From contig JANYAP010000022.1 in NCBI GenBank assembly GCA_025361285.1, positions 255 to 64,254 of the forward strand: a stretch of DNA of 64,000 bases, written 5' to 3'. This document shows, in pieces, positions 45,103 to 52,946 of this stretch. The notes below the pieces were generated by a model, which was given only the letters and a program-made list of their open reading frames with translations, searched no databases and was not told where the DNA came from. The position numbers were made by a program, and so were the translations under genes. The stretch comes from Bacteroidales bacterium. Its GTDB lineage: Bacteria > Bacteroidota > Bacteroidia > Bacteroidales > JAAUTT01. Every line of letters starts with the position of its first letter. Positions within the stretch are counted from its first letter, which is position 1.

Positions 45103-45155
45103 TTTATAAGGTTACAGCCTTATAAACATGTTTTATAAGGTTACAGCCTTATAAA
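45103..45155. repeat. two identical 24-bp perfect palindromes TTTATAAGG-TTACAG-CCTTATAAA, 29 bp apart
   Basis: Read directly (45103-45126 and 45132-45155). Each has 9-bp arms and a 6-nt loop. They lie downstream of the aspS stop and 120-170 bp upstream of the SatD-like gene. Confidence 0.9.
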
Positions 45156-45274
45156 TTAATAGAAAGTATTATATTTGTTTTTTTAAATTGCACACACAAT
45201 GATTATTACGAACTGATTACGTAACTAACTGTTAATTTATTTACTGCATAGTTTTTATATCTTTTCAATTTGGC

Positions 45275-45964
45275 ATGATTAAGGCAACAATATCTGGCGA
45301 CATAATTGCATCGACAACCATAAGTGTTGACGATAGATTGTTGTTTTTAAGCAAGTTAAAAGAACTGTTTGCACGCATCGAAAATAAATACAACTTTTAT
45401 GGTCGCATTATAAAGGGCGATTATTTGGAATGTTATATCGACGACCCACGCTTTGCGCTGCGAATAGCACTAATAATTAAAAACTTTATAAAATCGACGA
45501 GTGCATACGCATTGAACAAAAGTACCAAAAACGAAAGTCGCGGAAAATATTTCAAAATTTATGGTGTTCGTTTGGCAATTGGCGTAGGCAGTATTGAGCG
45601 TTTCGATAAAGAAAACGGAATTATTGAAGGCGAATCTATTCAATTTTCGGGGCGAATTATTGGCAACGAAAGTTCGCACAATAACGAGAAAAGGGTGGTA
45701 ATAAAGCAAACACTTTTTATTCAAACATCAAACACATTGTGGAACAACGAGTTTAATGTAACCGTTTCTCTTATCGACTTTCTCCTTACAAAAAGCACGT
45801 CAAACCAATGTGCCATTATTATCGAAAAGCTTTTGGGCGAAAGCGAAGAGCAAATTGCAACGCAACTGAATATTAGTCAATCGGCAGTAAACCAGCGTTC
45901 TAAATCGGGAGGGTGGAATGCTATCGAAAAAGCTATCGAACGATTCGAAAACGTTGTTCAATAA
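45275..45964 (+). CDS. SatD-like protein: nucleotidyl-cyclase-homology-like N-domain + C-terminal sigma-70-region-4-like HTH
   Basis: 229 aa with ISGDIIAST, IKGDYLECY and VRLAIGVGSIE....GESIQFSGR, which echo class III cyclase/GGDEF-fold motifs. The C-terminal HTH is EEQIATQLNISQSAVNQRSKSG. The family name is recalled from Pfam SatD and was not verified. Confidence 0.55.
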   Translation: MIKATISGDIIASTTISVDDRLLFLSKLKELFARIENKYNFYGRIIKGDYLECYIDDPRFALRIALIIKNFIKSTSAYALNKSTKNESRGKYFKIYGVRLAIGVGSIERFDKENGIIEGESIQFSGRIIGNESSHNNEKRVVIKQTLFIQTSNTLWNNEFNVTVSLIDFLLTKSTSNQCAIIIEKLLGESEEQIATQLNISQSAVNQRSKSGGWNAIEKAIERFENVVQ

Positions 45965-45976
45965 AATCATGTTTTA

Positions 45977-46726
45977 ATGAATGCTACCCTTGTAAATATT
46001 ATCATTCTGCAGCTTATAGCTCACTTCCTTGCCGATTTTATTATATTAAACGATAAAAATTCGCGAGAGAAGAATAGTAATGGAATACGCTCTAAGCACC
46101 TATACATCCATATTGCCGTTGTAACATTTTTATCGTTTGTGTTTTCGGCTAATTTACACTTTTGGTGGTGCTCGCTCGTTATTGGAAGTTTGCATTTTGT
46201 TACCGATGCTTCGAAAGCTAAAACCTTGAAACTTAATTGTAACACTCGCTGGGTGTTTTTCATCGACCAAATAGTTCATATTGTTATAATTACAATAGTG
46301 TCGTGGATATTTGTTAACTCGTGGGAAACCCCTGCAATGCTTTTTGAATATTTTGGTAATCTACTTCGAAATACGCAATTATTGCTTTATGTACTTGGTT
46401 ATCTGCTTTGTTTAAAACCTTCGAACATAATTGTGATGCAAATAATTTCCAAATGGATGCAGGAAAAGGATGTAAACGATGGTGAGCTTGAAAATGCAGG
46501 TAAACTTATTGGTATAATTGAACGAGTGCTTACATTAACGTTTGTAATTCTAAATCAGTATTCTGCAATCGGTTTTCTTTTGGCAGCCAAGTCGATATTG
46601 CGATTTAAGGAAACTACTGGTCAAAAACGAAGCGAATACGTTTTACTGGGTACATTGCTCAGTTTTAGTATCGCCATTTTTATTGGAATTATTATTAAGG
46701 TTGTAATCAATAACTATAATCCTTAA
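45977..46726 (+). CDS. DUF3307-like polytopic membrane protein
   Basis: 249 aa with about 7 hydrophobic helices and an N-terminal LIAHFLADF motif that I associate with DUF3307. It starts 12 nt after the SatD-like gene and ends 12 nt before queC. Confidence 0.55.
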   Translation: MNATLVNIIILQLIAHFLADFIILNDKNSREKNSNGIRSKHLYIHIAVVTFLSFVFSANLHFWWCSLVIGSLHFVTDASKAKTLKLNCNTRWVFFIDQIVHIVIITIVSWIFVNSWETPAMLFEYFGNLLRNTQLLLYVLGYLLCLKPSNIIVMQIISKWMQEKDVNDGELENAGKLIGIIERVLTLTFVILNQYSAIGFLLAAKSILRFKETTGQKRSEYVLLGTLLSFSIAIFIGIIIKVVINNYNP

Positions 46727-46738
46727 ATTGCGTTTATT

Positions 46739-47431
46739 ATGACTGCTAACAAACAAAAAGCATACATATTATTATCTGGCGGACAGGATTCGTTTGTGTG
46801 TCTCTTATGGGCATTGCAAATGTTCGACGAAGTTGAAGCTGTGAGTATTAACTACGGTCAGAGGCACAATGCCGAATTACGCTACGCTGGCTTAGTTGCC
46901 AATTATTTTAACGTAAAACATACCGTTTACAATATCGGCGAATTTATTACATCTATGGCCGATAGCACGTTACTTAACTCCGGTAATCATAACGATTCGC
47001 ATCCACAAGCTAACAACTTGCCTGCCAGCTTTGTGCCAAACCGAAACGGCATTTTCCTTACCGTTATTTCGAACCATGCTTTTCGCAATAATGAGCCAAT
47101 AATTAACTTAATTACAGGTACTTGCGAAACAGATTTTTCGGGATATCCCGATTGTCGCGATGCATATATAAAAGCCAAAGCGTTGGAACTTTCGCTAGGT
47201 TTGGATCGCACTGTAAACATTCTTACTCCACTTATGTGGAAAAACAAAGCTCAAACCTTCGAAATGGCAGATAAGGCTGGTAAACTTAACGAACTTAACG
47301 AACTTACGTTGACTTGCTATAATGCAGTAGAACAATTAAATGTGTGGGGGCGTGGTTGTGGCAGTTGCCCTGCTTGCAAACTGCGCGAAAGAGGTTTTTT
47401 GGATTATTTGGCTTCGACGAATATAAAATAA
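46739..47431 (+). CDS. queC: 7-cyano-7-deazaguanine (preQ0) synthase
   Basis: 230 aa with PP-loop LLSGGQDS and a C-terminal Zn cluster (C..(x)..CGSCPACKLR). Confidence 0.92.
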   Translation: MTANKQKAYILLSGGQDSFVCLLWALQMFDEVEAVSINYGQRHNAELRYAGLVANYFNVKHTVYNIGEFITSMADSTLLNSGNHNDSHPQANNLPASFVPNRNGIFLTVISNHAFRNNEPIINLITGTCETDFSGYPDCRDAYIKAKALELSLGLDRTVNILTPLMWKNKAQTFEMADKAGKLNELNELTLTCYNAVEQLNVWGRGCGSCPACKLRERGFLDYLASTNIK

Positions 47432-48145
47432 ATGATTGATATACTGGAAACTCCATTTTTTCTTAACGAACACTTCGAATCTATTCAAGGTGAAGGAAAT
47501 TACGCTGGAGCGAATAGTTTGTTTCTTCGTTTTCACTTCTGCAACCTTACTTGTAGCTGGTGCGACAGCAAATTTACTTGGTTTGGAAACGAACGTAATT
47601 ACGTGGAATACTCGTCTAATCAAATTAAAGCGATAATTACATCCCATCAAGCGCCTCATATTGTGCTAACTGGTGGAGAACCAACTTTGTACAGGCTCGA
47701 TAAATTAGTAGTAGCCAATAAAAAGTTTCATGTTGAAAGCAACGGTACATTTATACCTACCGAACCCCTTGAGATTGCAGTGCGCGAAAACCTTACTATT
47801 CGGCGCGATGCTATGAACGAAGCTATTATAAGTCAATTCAACTGGGTTATTTCGCCAAAACTATCAAATGCTCGCCAGAAACTAAACGATCGTAGCCTTC
47901 GTTTCTGGGCGCAAACCAGTTACTCTATTTTTAAGTTTGTTGTTCGAAATACCGACGACATAAATGAGGTGGAAACCATCGTTAATAAGTTTTCAATAAG
48001 CAGTTTTAAAGTATATTTGGCACTCGAAGGTCAAACCCTCGAATCGCAACTAAAACCCTCTCTGGTTGATGAAATTGTGAAACGAGGTTATAACTACTCG
48101 CCACGTTTACACGTAATGCTTTGGGGAATGCAACGTGGAAAATAG
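47432..48145 (+). CDS. queE: 7-carboxy-7-deazaguanine synthase (radical SAM)
   Basis: 237 aa with ESIQGEGNYAG, then CNLTCSWCDS (CxxxCxxC) and LTGGEP. The start codon directly follows the queC stop. Confidence 0.88.
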   Translation: MIDILETPFFLNEHFESIQGEGNYAGANSLFLRFHFCNLTCSWCDSKFTWFGNERNYVEYSSNQIKAIITSHQAPHIVLTGGEPTLYRLDKLVVANKKFHVESNGTFIPTEPLEIAVRENLTIRRDAMNEAIISQFNWVISPKLSNARQKLNDRSLRFWAQTSYSIFKFVVRNTDDINEVETIVNKFSISSFKVYLALEGQTLESQLKPSLVDEIVKRGYNYSPRLHVMLWGMQRGK

Positions 48146-48185
48146 TGGTAAATAGTACCAGGTACCTAGTAATTAGACTTATAAG

Positions 48186-48286
48186 TACCTTTGTTCCCAA
48201 ATACTATTTACTCATTACTTAGTACTCAATACTATTTTTACCTTTGTTCCCAATTACTAGTTACTCAGTACTTAGTACTCAATACT
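48186..48286 (+). repeat. 2 x 53-bp tandem duplication, each unit carrying a -7 box TACCTTTG and AGTACT words
   Basis: Units 48186-48233 and 48239-48286 are identical at 45 of 48 positions. -7-like boxes lie at 48186-48193 and 48239-48246. The second unit ends 5 nt before the queD ATG. Confidence 0.85.
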
Positions 48287-48291
48287 TTTTT

Positions 48292-48708
48292 ATGACATAC
48301 GAAATATTCAAAGAATTCCGCTTCGAAGCTGCGCATAGGTTGGTAAAAAACTACACAGGCAAATGCACTAATAATCACGGGCATTCATGGCATGTGCGTA
48401 TTCACCTGCAAGCCAATTCGCTCGATGAAAAAGATATGCTTATCGATTTTCAGGAAGTGAAAGTGCTAAAGCAATGGATTGACGATAACCTCGACCACGC
48501 CACACTGCTTTGGGAAAACGACCCAATGTGCGCGTATATTCGTCAATCGGAGCAACGCATTTACGTTACGTTAAAAAATCCCACATCGGAGCATATAGCC
48601 GAAATTATTATGCAACAAGCTATTAGACTTTTCCAAAATAACCGAATAAACGTTGCATGCGTAGAAGTAAACGAAACCTGCACTACCGGCGCTAAGATCT
48701 ATCAGTAA
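48292..48708 (+). CDS. queD: 6-carboxy-5,6,7,8-tetrahydropterin synthase
   Basis: 138 aa from MTYEIFKEFRFEAAHRL, with NHGHSWHV Zn-binding histidines. The tracked TTG start at 48244 lies in the repeat. Confidence 0.9.
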   Translation: MTYEIFKEFRFEAAHRLVKNYTGKCTNNHGHSWHVRIHLQANSLDEKDMLIDFQEVKVLKQWIDDNLDHATLLWENDPMCAYIRQSEQRIYVTLKNPTSEHIAEIIMQQAIRLFQNNRINVACVEVNETCTTGAKIYQ

Positions 48709-48787
48709 ATCCGAGCAATTAATACATATCCGAAAATTTAGATGTAATAATTGGTTGTAAGTTTATAACTTTGTTAAAAACTGAAAA

Positions 48788-48994
48788 ATGGAGCACTTAG
48801 TAATTGAAAATAAGGGTAATCAAATGATATTGAAACTTAATAAAAATGGTTTCAACGAGAATTATTTAATTTCTTTAGTAAAACGTTTGCAAATAGAGAG
48901 TTTAGCACAAAAGGCGGAATTTGATTCCAAAATTTTACATGTCGCCGAGAAGATAAATAGAGATTGGTGGAGTAAGCATGGCGATAATTTTTAA
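48788..48994 (+). CDS. small hypothetical protein, possible antitoxin of the adjacent decayed PIN gene
   Basis: The 68-aa ORF ends 14 nt before the PIN-like reading frame. No family is recognised. Confidence 0.4.
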   Translation: MEHLVIENKGNQMILKLNKNGFNENYLISLVKRLQIESLAQKAEFDSKILHVAEKINRDWWSKHGDNF

Positions 48995-49008
48995 AAAGGA
49001 ATTAAGAA

Positions 49009-49429
49009 ATGATTCCTAATGCGGTGGTAGTTGATACTAATTTGATATTTTCATCGTTGATTTCTATTAATTCGAAAATTCGCGATATTTAGGTTCGAAT
49101 CTGGCATGACTTTTTATTCCCCAAACTATTTAATTACTGAAATTTACACTCATAAAGATAAGATATCTAAATATTCTAAGCTTTCTAAAACAGAGTTTTA
49201 TATTTATTTTAGTGGCATTATTGAGCTGATAACGTTTGTTCCAACATAATTTATTGAATTAGAAAGTCGGCAAAAAGCTTATTATCTTTGCCAACATGTC
49301 GATATCAAAGATTCTCCATTTTTATCTCTGGCAATTCATTTGAATATTCCTTTATGGACAGGGGATAAAAAATTAAAAGATGGGTTGAAACTTCAAGGTT
49401 ATAACAATTTCTACAATTACGTAGTTTAA
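49009..49429 (+). pseudogene. PIN-domain toxin pseudogene
   Basis: My translation gives MIPNAVVVDTNLIFSSLISINSKIRDI, then TAG at 49090. It continues in the +1 frame as FYSPNYLITEIYTHKD...ITFVPT, hits an in-frame TAA, then reads ...DIKDSPFLSLAIHLNIPLWTGDKKL. The PIN acidic motifs (DTN, TE, D.PFL.LA) are present but the frame is broken at least twice. Confidence 0.65.
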
Positions 49430-49450
49430 AATATTGATAATTAATATATT

Positions 49451-49828
49451 ATGACCGAATTTACATTCCTTGGGAAAAAGATAAGCACTCCTTCCAAAAA
49501 GCTCGATACGTTCCCTACGCCTGCCAACATTACAGCGGTTAAGTTCGAAAGCAACGAGCTTACAAGCTTTTGTCCGGTAACGCATCAGCCCGATTTTAAT
49601 ACTGTAGTTATTGAGTTTGTTCCTAACGAGTTATGTATCGAAAGTAAGAGCCTTAAATTATACTTGTGGTCGTTCCGCGACGAAGCCATTTTTGCCGAAG
49701 GCCTTGCCAACACTATCGCAAACGATATTTTCGAAGCCATTAAACCGCAATATGTTAAAATTACTCTAACGCAGAATATTCGTGGAGGAATGCAGTTAAG
49801 TGTGGTGGCGGAGAGGAATACAGAATAA
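49451..49828 (+). CDS. queF: NADPH-dependent 7-cyano-7-deazaguanine reductase (type I)
   Basis: 125 aa with the catalytic Cys context ELTSFCPVTHQPDF and the QueF motif ESKSLKLYLWSFR. Confidence 0.92.
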   Translation: MTEFTFLGKKISTPSKKLDTFPTPANITAVKFESNELTSFCPVTHQPDFNTVVIEFVPNELCIESKSLKLYLWSFRDEAIFAEGLANTIANDIFEAIKPQYVKITLTQNIRGGMQLSVVAERNTE

Positions 49829-49837
49829 TTAGGGTCT

Positions 49838-49862
49838 AGCCTCCAGCCTCCAGCCTCCAGCC
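49838..49862. repeat. 3.6 x 7-bp tandem repeat AGCCTCC
   Basis: Read directly, 10 nt after the queF stop. Confidence 0.85.
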
Positions 49863-50023
49863 AAAATATAGCTAAGTGTCTTATAATAAAACAAGTTGAT
49901 ATACGCATGGCCGTTGCGTTCTAAATTACATCTAAATTACCTGTAAAAAAAATCGTTATGTAATTGTTTTTAATTTCTAAAATAGTATTTTTAGCAATTA
50001 TTAACAAAACCAAATTTATTAAT

Positions 50024-50479
50024 ATGAAAAAATTATTCTTATCGTTGTGTATCGCGGTGTCGGCTTTGTCATTAGTTAAGGCTAACGATGCCGAATTGTT
50101 TAGTTACGACCGCAATGCCTTGGAAACAGCTATCTCGGCTATTTCGGCAGTTGAAAATTTTGTGGCTCAGAACCCAGAAATTTCGGTTAACGACCTTGCC
50201 AAAACTGGTAATTTACTCGTTAATGGTTTCGAAATGGCAACAAACCCTTTTGGTTTAAGTGGCGAACCTGCTCTTGGCATACCTTCGTTCCTTTGGGGTT
50301 GCGTATTAAGTTGGGTAGGTTTATTGGTTGTATTTATTGTTACCGATAACGACAAAGATCAAGTTAAGAAAGCTCTTATAGGTTGCGTAGTTAATGCACT
50401 TTTCTGGGGTGTTTTCTATGTTATTTATGTTGCTCTTGTTGTATCAACGGTTACTACTGTTACACCAACTTATTACTAA
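50024..50479 (+). CDS. small secreted/bitopic membrane protein, copy 1 of a tandem pair
   Basis: 151 aa from MKKLFLSLCIAVSALSLVKA. It has a ~75-aa exported domain, then two TM helices flanking TDNDKDQVKKA and a Thr/Tyr-rich tail. Confidence 0.7.
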   Translation: MKKLFLSLCIAVSALSLVKANDAELFSYDRNALETAISAISAVENFVAQNPEISVNDLAKTGNLLVNGFEMATNPFGLSGEPALGIPSFLWGCVLSWVGLLVVFIVTDNDKDQVKKALIGCVVNALFWGVFYVIYVALVVSTVTTVTPTYY

Positions 50480-50497
50480 TTTAATTTGTATTAAAAA

Positions 50498-50532
50498 GGT
50501 TGCTCAAATTTCGGTTTGGGCAACCTTTTTTT
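50498..50532 (+). terminator. rho-independent terminator
   Basis: An 11-bp stem (GGTTGCTCAAA / TTTGGGCAACC), a 6-nt loop and T7, 19 nt after the stop. Confidence 0.85.
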
Positions 50533-50823
50533 GTTTGTATGGGTTAGTTTGAACCCTTCATACTTATTAAATATTAGTGCTATAATTCAATAATTCGGTA
50601 AATTTCTAATATTCATTATTTACTTATCTGTAATACGTTGAAATACATATAAATATATTTTAACTTGTTTCTCTGTATTTCAAAGTGTTAATAATTAACA
50701 TTTTGTAAAAATGTATCGAAGTATTGATAATTCAGAATTGGATATTCGCAAATTAAACTTTCCCTTGCATGTTATTCCGAAATGTGTATTTTTAGCGATT
50801 ATTAACAAATCCAAATTTGTAAA

Positions 50824-51282
50824 ATGAAAAAGTTATTTATTTCGCTGTTTATCATGGCGTTTGCTGCATCAATTGTTAAGGCTAACGATGCCGATTTATT
50901 TAGTTATAACCGCAGCGCGTTAGAAATTGCTATTGCACCTATCTCGAACGTTGAAAATTTTGTGGCACAAAATCCTTCGCTTTCAGTTACCGAACTTGTA
51001 AACACTGGCGTTGAACTATTTAATGGTGTTGGAACAACTGGTAGCCCATTTGGTTTAAATGAGCCTCTTCCGCTTGGTTGCCCTGCATTTCTATGGGGTT
51101 GTATTTTTTCGGTGTCTGGTTTAATAGTAGTTTATATTATGACCGACAATGATCGTGAGCAAGTTAAAAAGGCATTTACTGGTTGCATGGTTAGTGCTGT
51201 TGTAACTATTGCCTTATATACTATTGTGCTTGTTGCAAGTGCGGGGAATACAACTACAACTACCACACCCTATTATTATTAG
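50824..51282 (+). CDS. small secreted/bitopic membrane protein, copy 2 of a tandem pair
   Basis: 152 aa with the same architecture and many identical blocks (VKANDA, VENFVAQNP, FLWGC, TDNDREQVKKA). Confidence 0.7.
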   Translation: MKKLFISLFIMAFAASIVKANDADLFSYNRSALEIAIAPISNVENFVAQNPSLSVTELVNTGVELFNGVGTTGSPFGLNEPLPLGCPAFLWGCIFSVSGLIVVYIMTDNDREQVKKAFTGCMVSAVVTIALYTIVLVASAGNTTTTTTPYYY

Positions 51283-51317
51283 GTTTACATTCCATTTAAA
51301 AAAAATGTTTATTAAGT

Positions 51318-51352
51318 GGTTGTTCAAATTTCGGTTTGGGCAACCTTTTTTT
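51318..51352 (+). terminator. rho-independent terminator (duplicate of 50498-50532)
   Basis: Stem GGTTGTTCAAA / TTTGGGCAACC plus T7. A 38-nt stretch is identical to copy 1. Confidence 0.85.
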
Positions 51353-51424
51353 GTTTGTATGCATTAGTTAGCAAAAATGCAAAAAAAGAATTTTCAGTAA
51401 TTACCATTATGGTTACTTTTACAT

Positions 51425-51432
51425 TATCTTTG
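51425..51432 (+). promoter_or_regulatory. -7 box TATCTTTG for higBA
   Basis: Matches TAnnTTTG 20 nt upstream of the higB ATG. Confidence 0.4.
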
Positions 51433-51452
51433 ATGTAATTATTTAAATAATA

Positions 51453-51746
51453 ATGAGGGTAGTTGCAAAAAAAGCACTTAGAGAGTTTTGTGAGAAACAA
51501 ACTGATTCGGAAGAGCAATTAAAGACTTGGTATAAGGAAGCTTTAAAAACTATATGGATTTCACCTAATGGCGTAAAATCTGAATATCCAAAGGCAAGTA
51601 TTCTTAAAAGTGGAAGGGTTGTTTTTAATATTTGTGGGAATAAATATAGGTTGATTGGTCAGATTAACTACTTAAGAAAATGGGTTTTTATTAGATTTAT
51701 TGGAACACATGTGGAATATGATAAAATAGATGCTGATAAAATTTAA
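51453..51746 (+). CDS. higB: type II toxin HigB-family mRNA interferase
   Basis: 97 aa. The blocks KKALREF, W(Y)KE, ASILKSGRVVFNICGNKYRLI and FIRFIGTHVEYDKIDA match the HigB_toxin family along its whole length. Confidence 0.85.
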   Translation: MRVVAKKALREFCEKQTDSEEQLKTWYKEALKTIWISPNGVKSEYPKASILKSGRVVFNICGNKYRLIGQINYLRKWVFIRFIGTHVEYDKIDADKI

Positions 51747-51750
51747 AGTT

Positions 51751-52110
51751 ATGGATATAAAAGTAATAAAAACGGAAGCGGATTATAATAAAGCACTCAA
51801 AAGGCTTGAGGTTATTTTTGATGCATCTGCAAATACGGCTGAAGGAGATGAAGCCGATTTACTAGTAATGTTGATCGAAAGATTTGAGGATGAACACTAT
51901 CCTATTGAAGCCCCAGATCCAATAGAAGCAATTAAGTTTAGAATGGAGCAAATGAATATGGATAACCAAGATTTAGCAAGAATTATTGGATATAAAAGTA
52001 GGGTTTCAGAGATATTTAGTCGTAAAAGAAAATTGAATCTTAAAATGATAAGAAGCCTCCATGATAAAATGAAAATTCCTTATGAATCTTTAATTTCCGA
52101 TTACAAATAA
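51751..52110 (+). CDS. higA: HigA-type antitoxin (XRE-like HTH)
   Basis: 119 aa from MDIKVIKTEADYNKAL, with an HTH in the C-terminal half (QDLARIIGYKSRVSEIFSRKRKL). An alternative ATG at 51730 overlaps higB. Confidence 0.8.
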   Translation: MDIKVIKTEADYNKALKRLEVIFDASANTAEGDEADLLVMLIERFEDEHYPIEAPDPIEAIKFRMEQMNMDNQDLARIIGYKSRVSEIFSRKRKLNLKMIRSLHDKMKIPYESLISDYK

Positions 52111-52265
52111 GGCACTTTTACTTACACACGCTTTAATCAATAAGGGTTTCATAGGTATGGCACATAATCTCAAAAGCACTTTTCGGAGTAGAATCAATAG
52201 TTAGATTAATAAAATATATATATCCAGTACTTTAACACAAGCTCAACGCTTCATTTGACCATAAT

Positions 52266-52946
52266 ATGCACAAAGTATTACTATTCATTATTTTAACTAG
52301 CTTTTCGCTATTCCATTTACAGGCGCAAAAGTTTTACCGTATTAAGGGCGAGTATTCAATTAAGGCTAAAACGGCCGAAGGTAAATCGCAGCTTACAATA
52401 GGTAAGTTTTTTTACGATAAGAACATTAAAAAGCTTACGTATCAAAATTCGTTTCCGCAGAAGGAAACATGGGTGTCGGCCGATACTTTGGTTTACCGAA
52501 TTGTTAACGACAAGCTTATGGCTAAATACTCGTCGCCACCGGTAGGTATTTTTTCGATATTTCATTTAGCATTAACCAATCAAATAAACAATTACGGTCT
52601 TAAAAACTCGCCTTTTACAATTCAAAAGGTCGAAAAGCAGAACGATTTGGTTATAACTACTTGGTTACCACCTAAATATTTGCTGAAAATATTTAAAAAG
52701 GTGCTTATTTCGAACAAAAACAACCACTTGTTTGGCTTAGTTTTTATCGATAGTAAAGACAAAATTATTCGGAAGCAGTTTTTCGATCAATATCGTAATT
52801 TTCAAGGGCTTGAGTTTCCGATGGAAATTGTTGATATTACCTATACTTTAGACAAGGAAAACTATCAGGTTACAACGTATAAAAATATTATAATTGACGA
52901 TGTTACAGAGGATTATCTTTACAATTACGCTATTCCTAAGCTTTAA
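52266..52946 (+). CDS. secreted hypothetical protein (LolA-like size and composition, unverified)
   Basis: 226 aa with a signal peptide (MHKVLLFIILTSFSLFHLQAQ). It is the first of three overlapping genes. Confidence 0.55.
   Translation: MHKVLLFIILTSFSLFHLQAQKFYRIKGEYSIKAKTAEGKSQLTIGKFFYDKNIKKLTYQNSFPQKETWVSADTLVYRIVNDKLMAKYSSPPVGIFSIFHLALTNQINNYGLKNSPFTIQKVEKQNDLVITTWLPPKYLLKIFKKVLISNKNNHLFGLVFIDSKDKIIRKQFFDQYRNFQGLEFPMEIVDITYTLDKENYQVTTYKNIIIDDVTEDYLYNYAIPKL

Noticed and set aside
45103-45155. preQ1 riboswitch upstream of the que cluster
   Set aside because: The hairpins have 6-nt loops and perfect AT-rich 9-bp stems. The preQ1-I loop nucleotides and the A-rich 3' tail that forms the pseudoknot are absent. 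I also saw no riboswitch-like fold before queF or tgt.
49085-49110. tRNA fragment or integration site (GGTTCGAATC T-loop-like string)
   Set aside because: The flanking bases do not form a T-stem, an acceptor stem or an anticodon arm. It is probably coincidence inside the PIN pseudogene.
49373-49908. Minus-strand ORFs 49373-49585 and 49585-49908
   Set aside because: They are antisense to queF and to the PIN pseudogene tail. They have no motifs, and the second owes its length to the AGCCTCC repeat.
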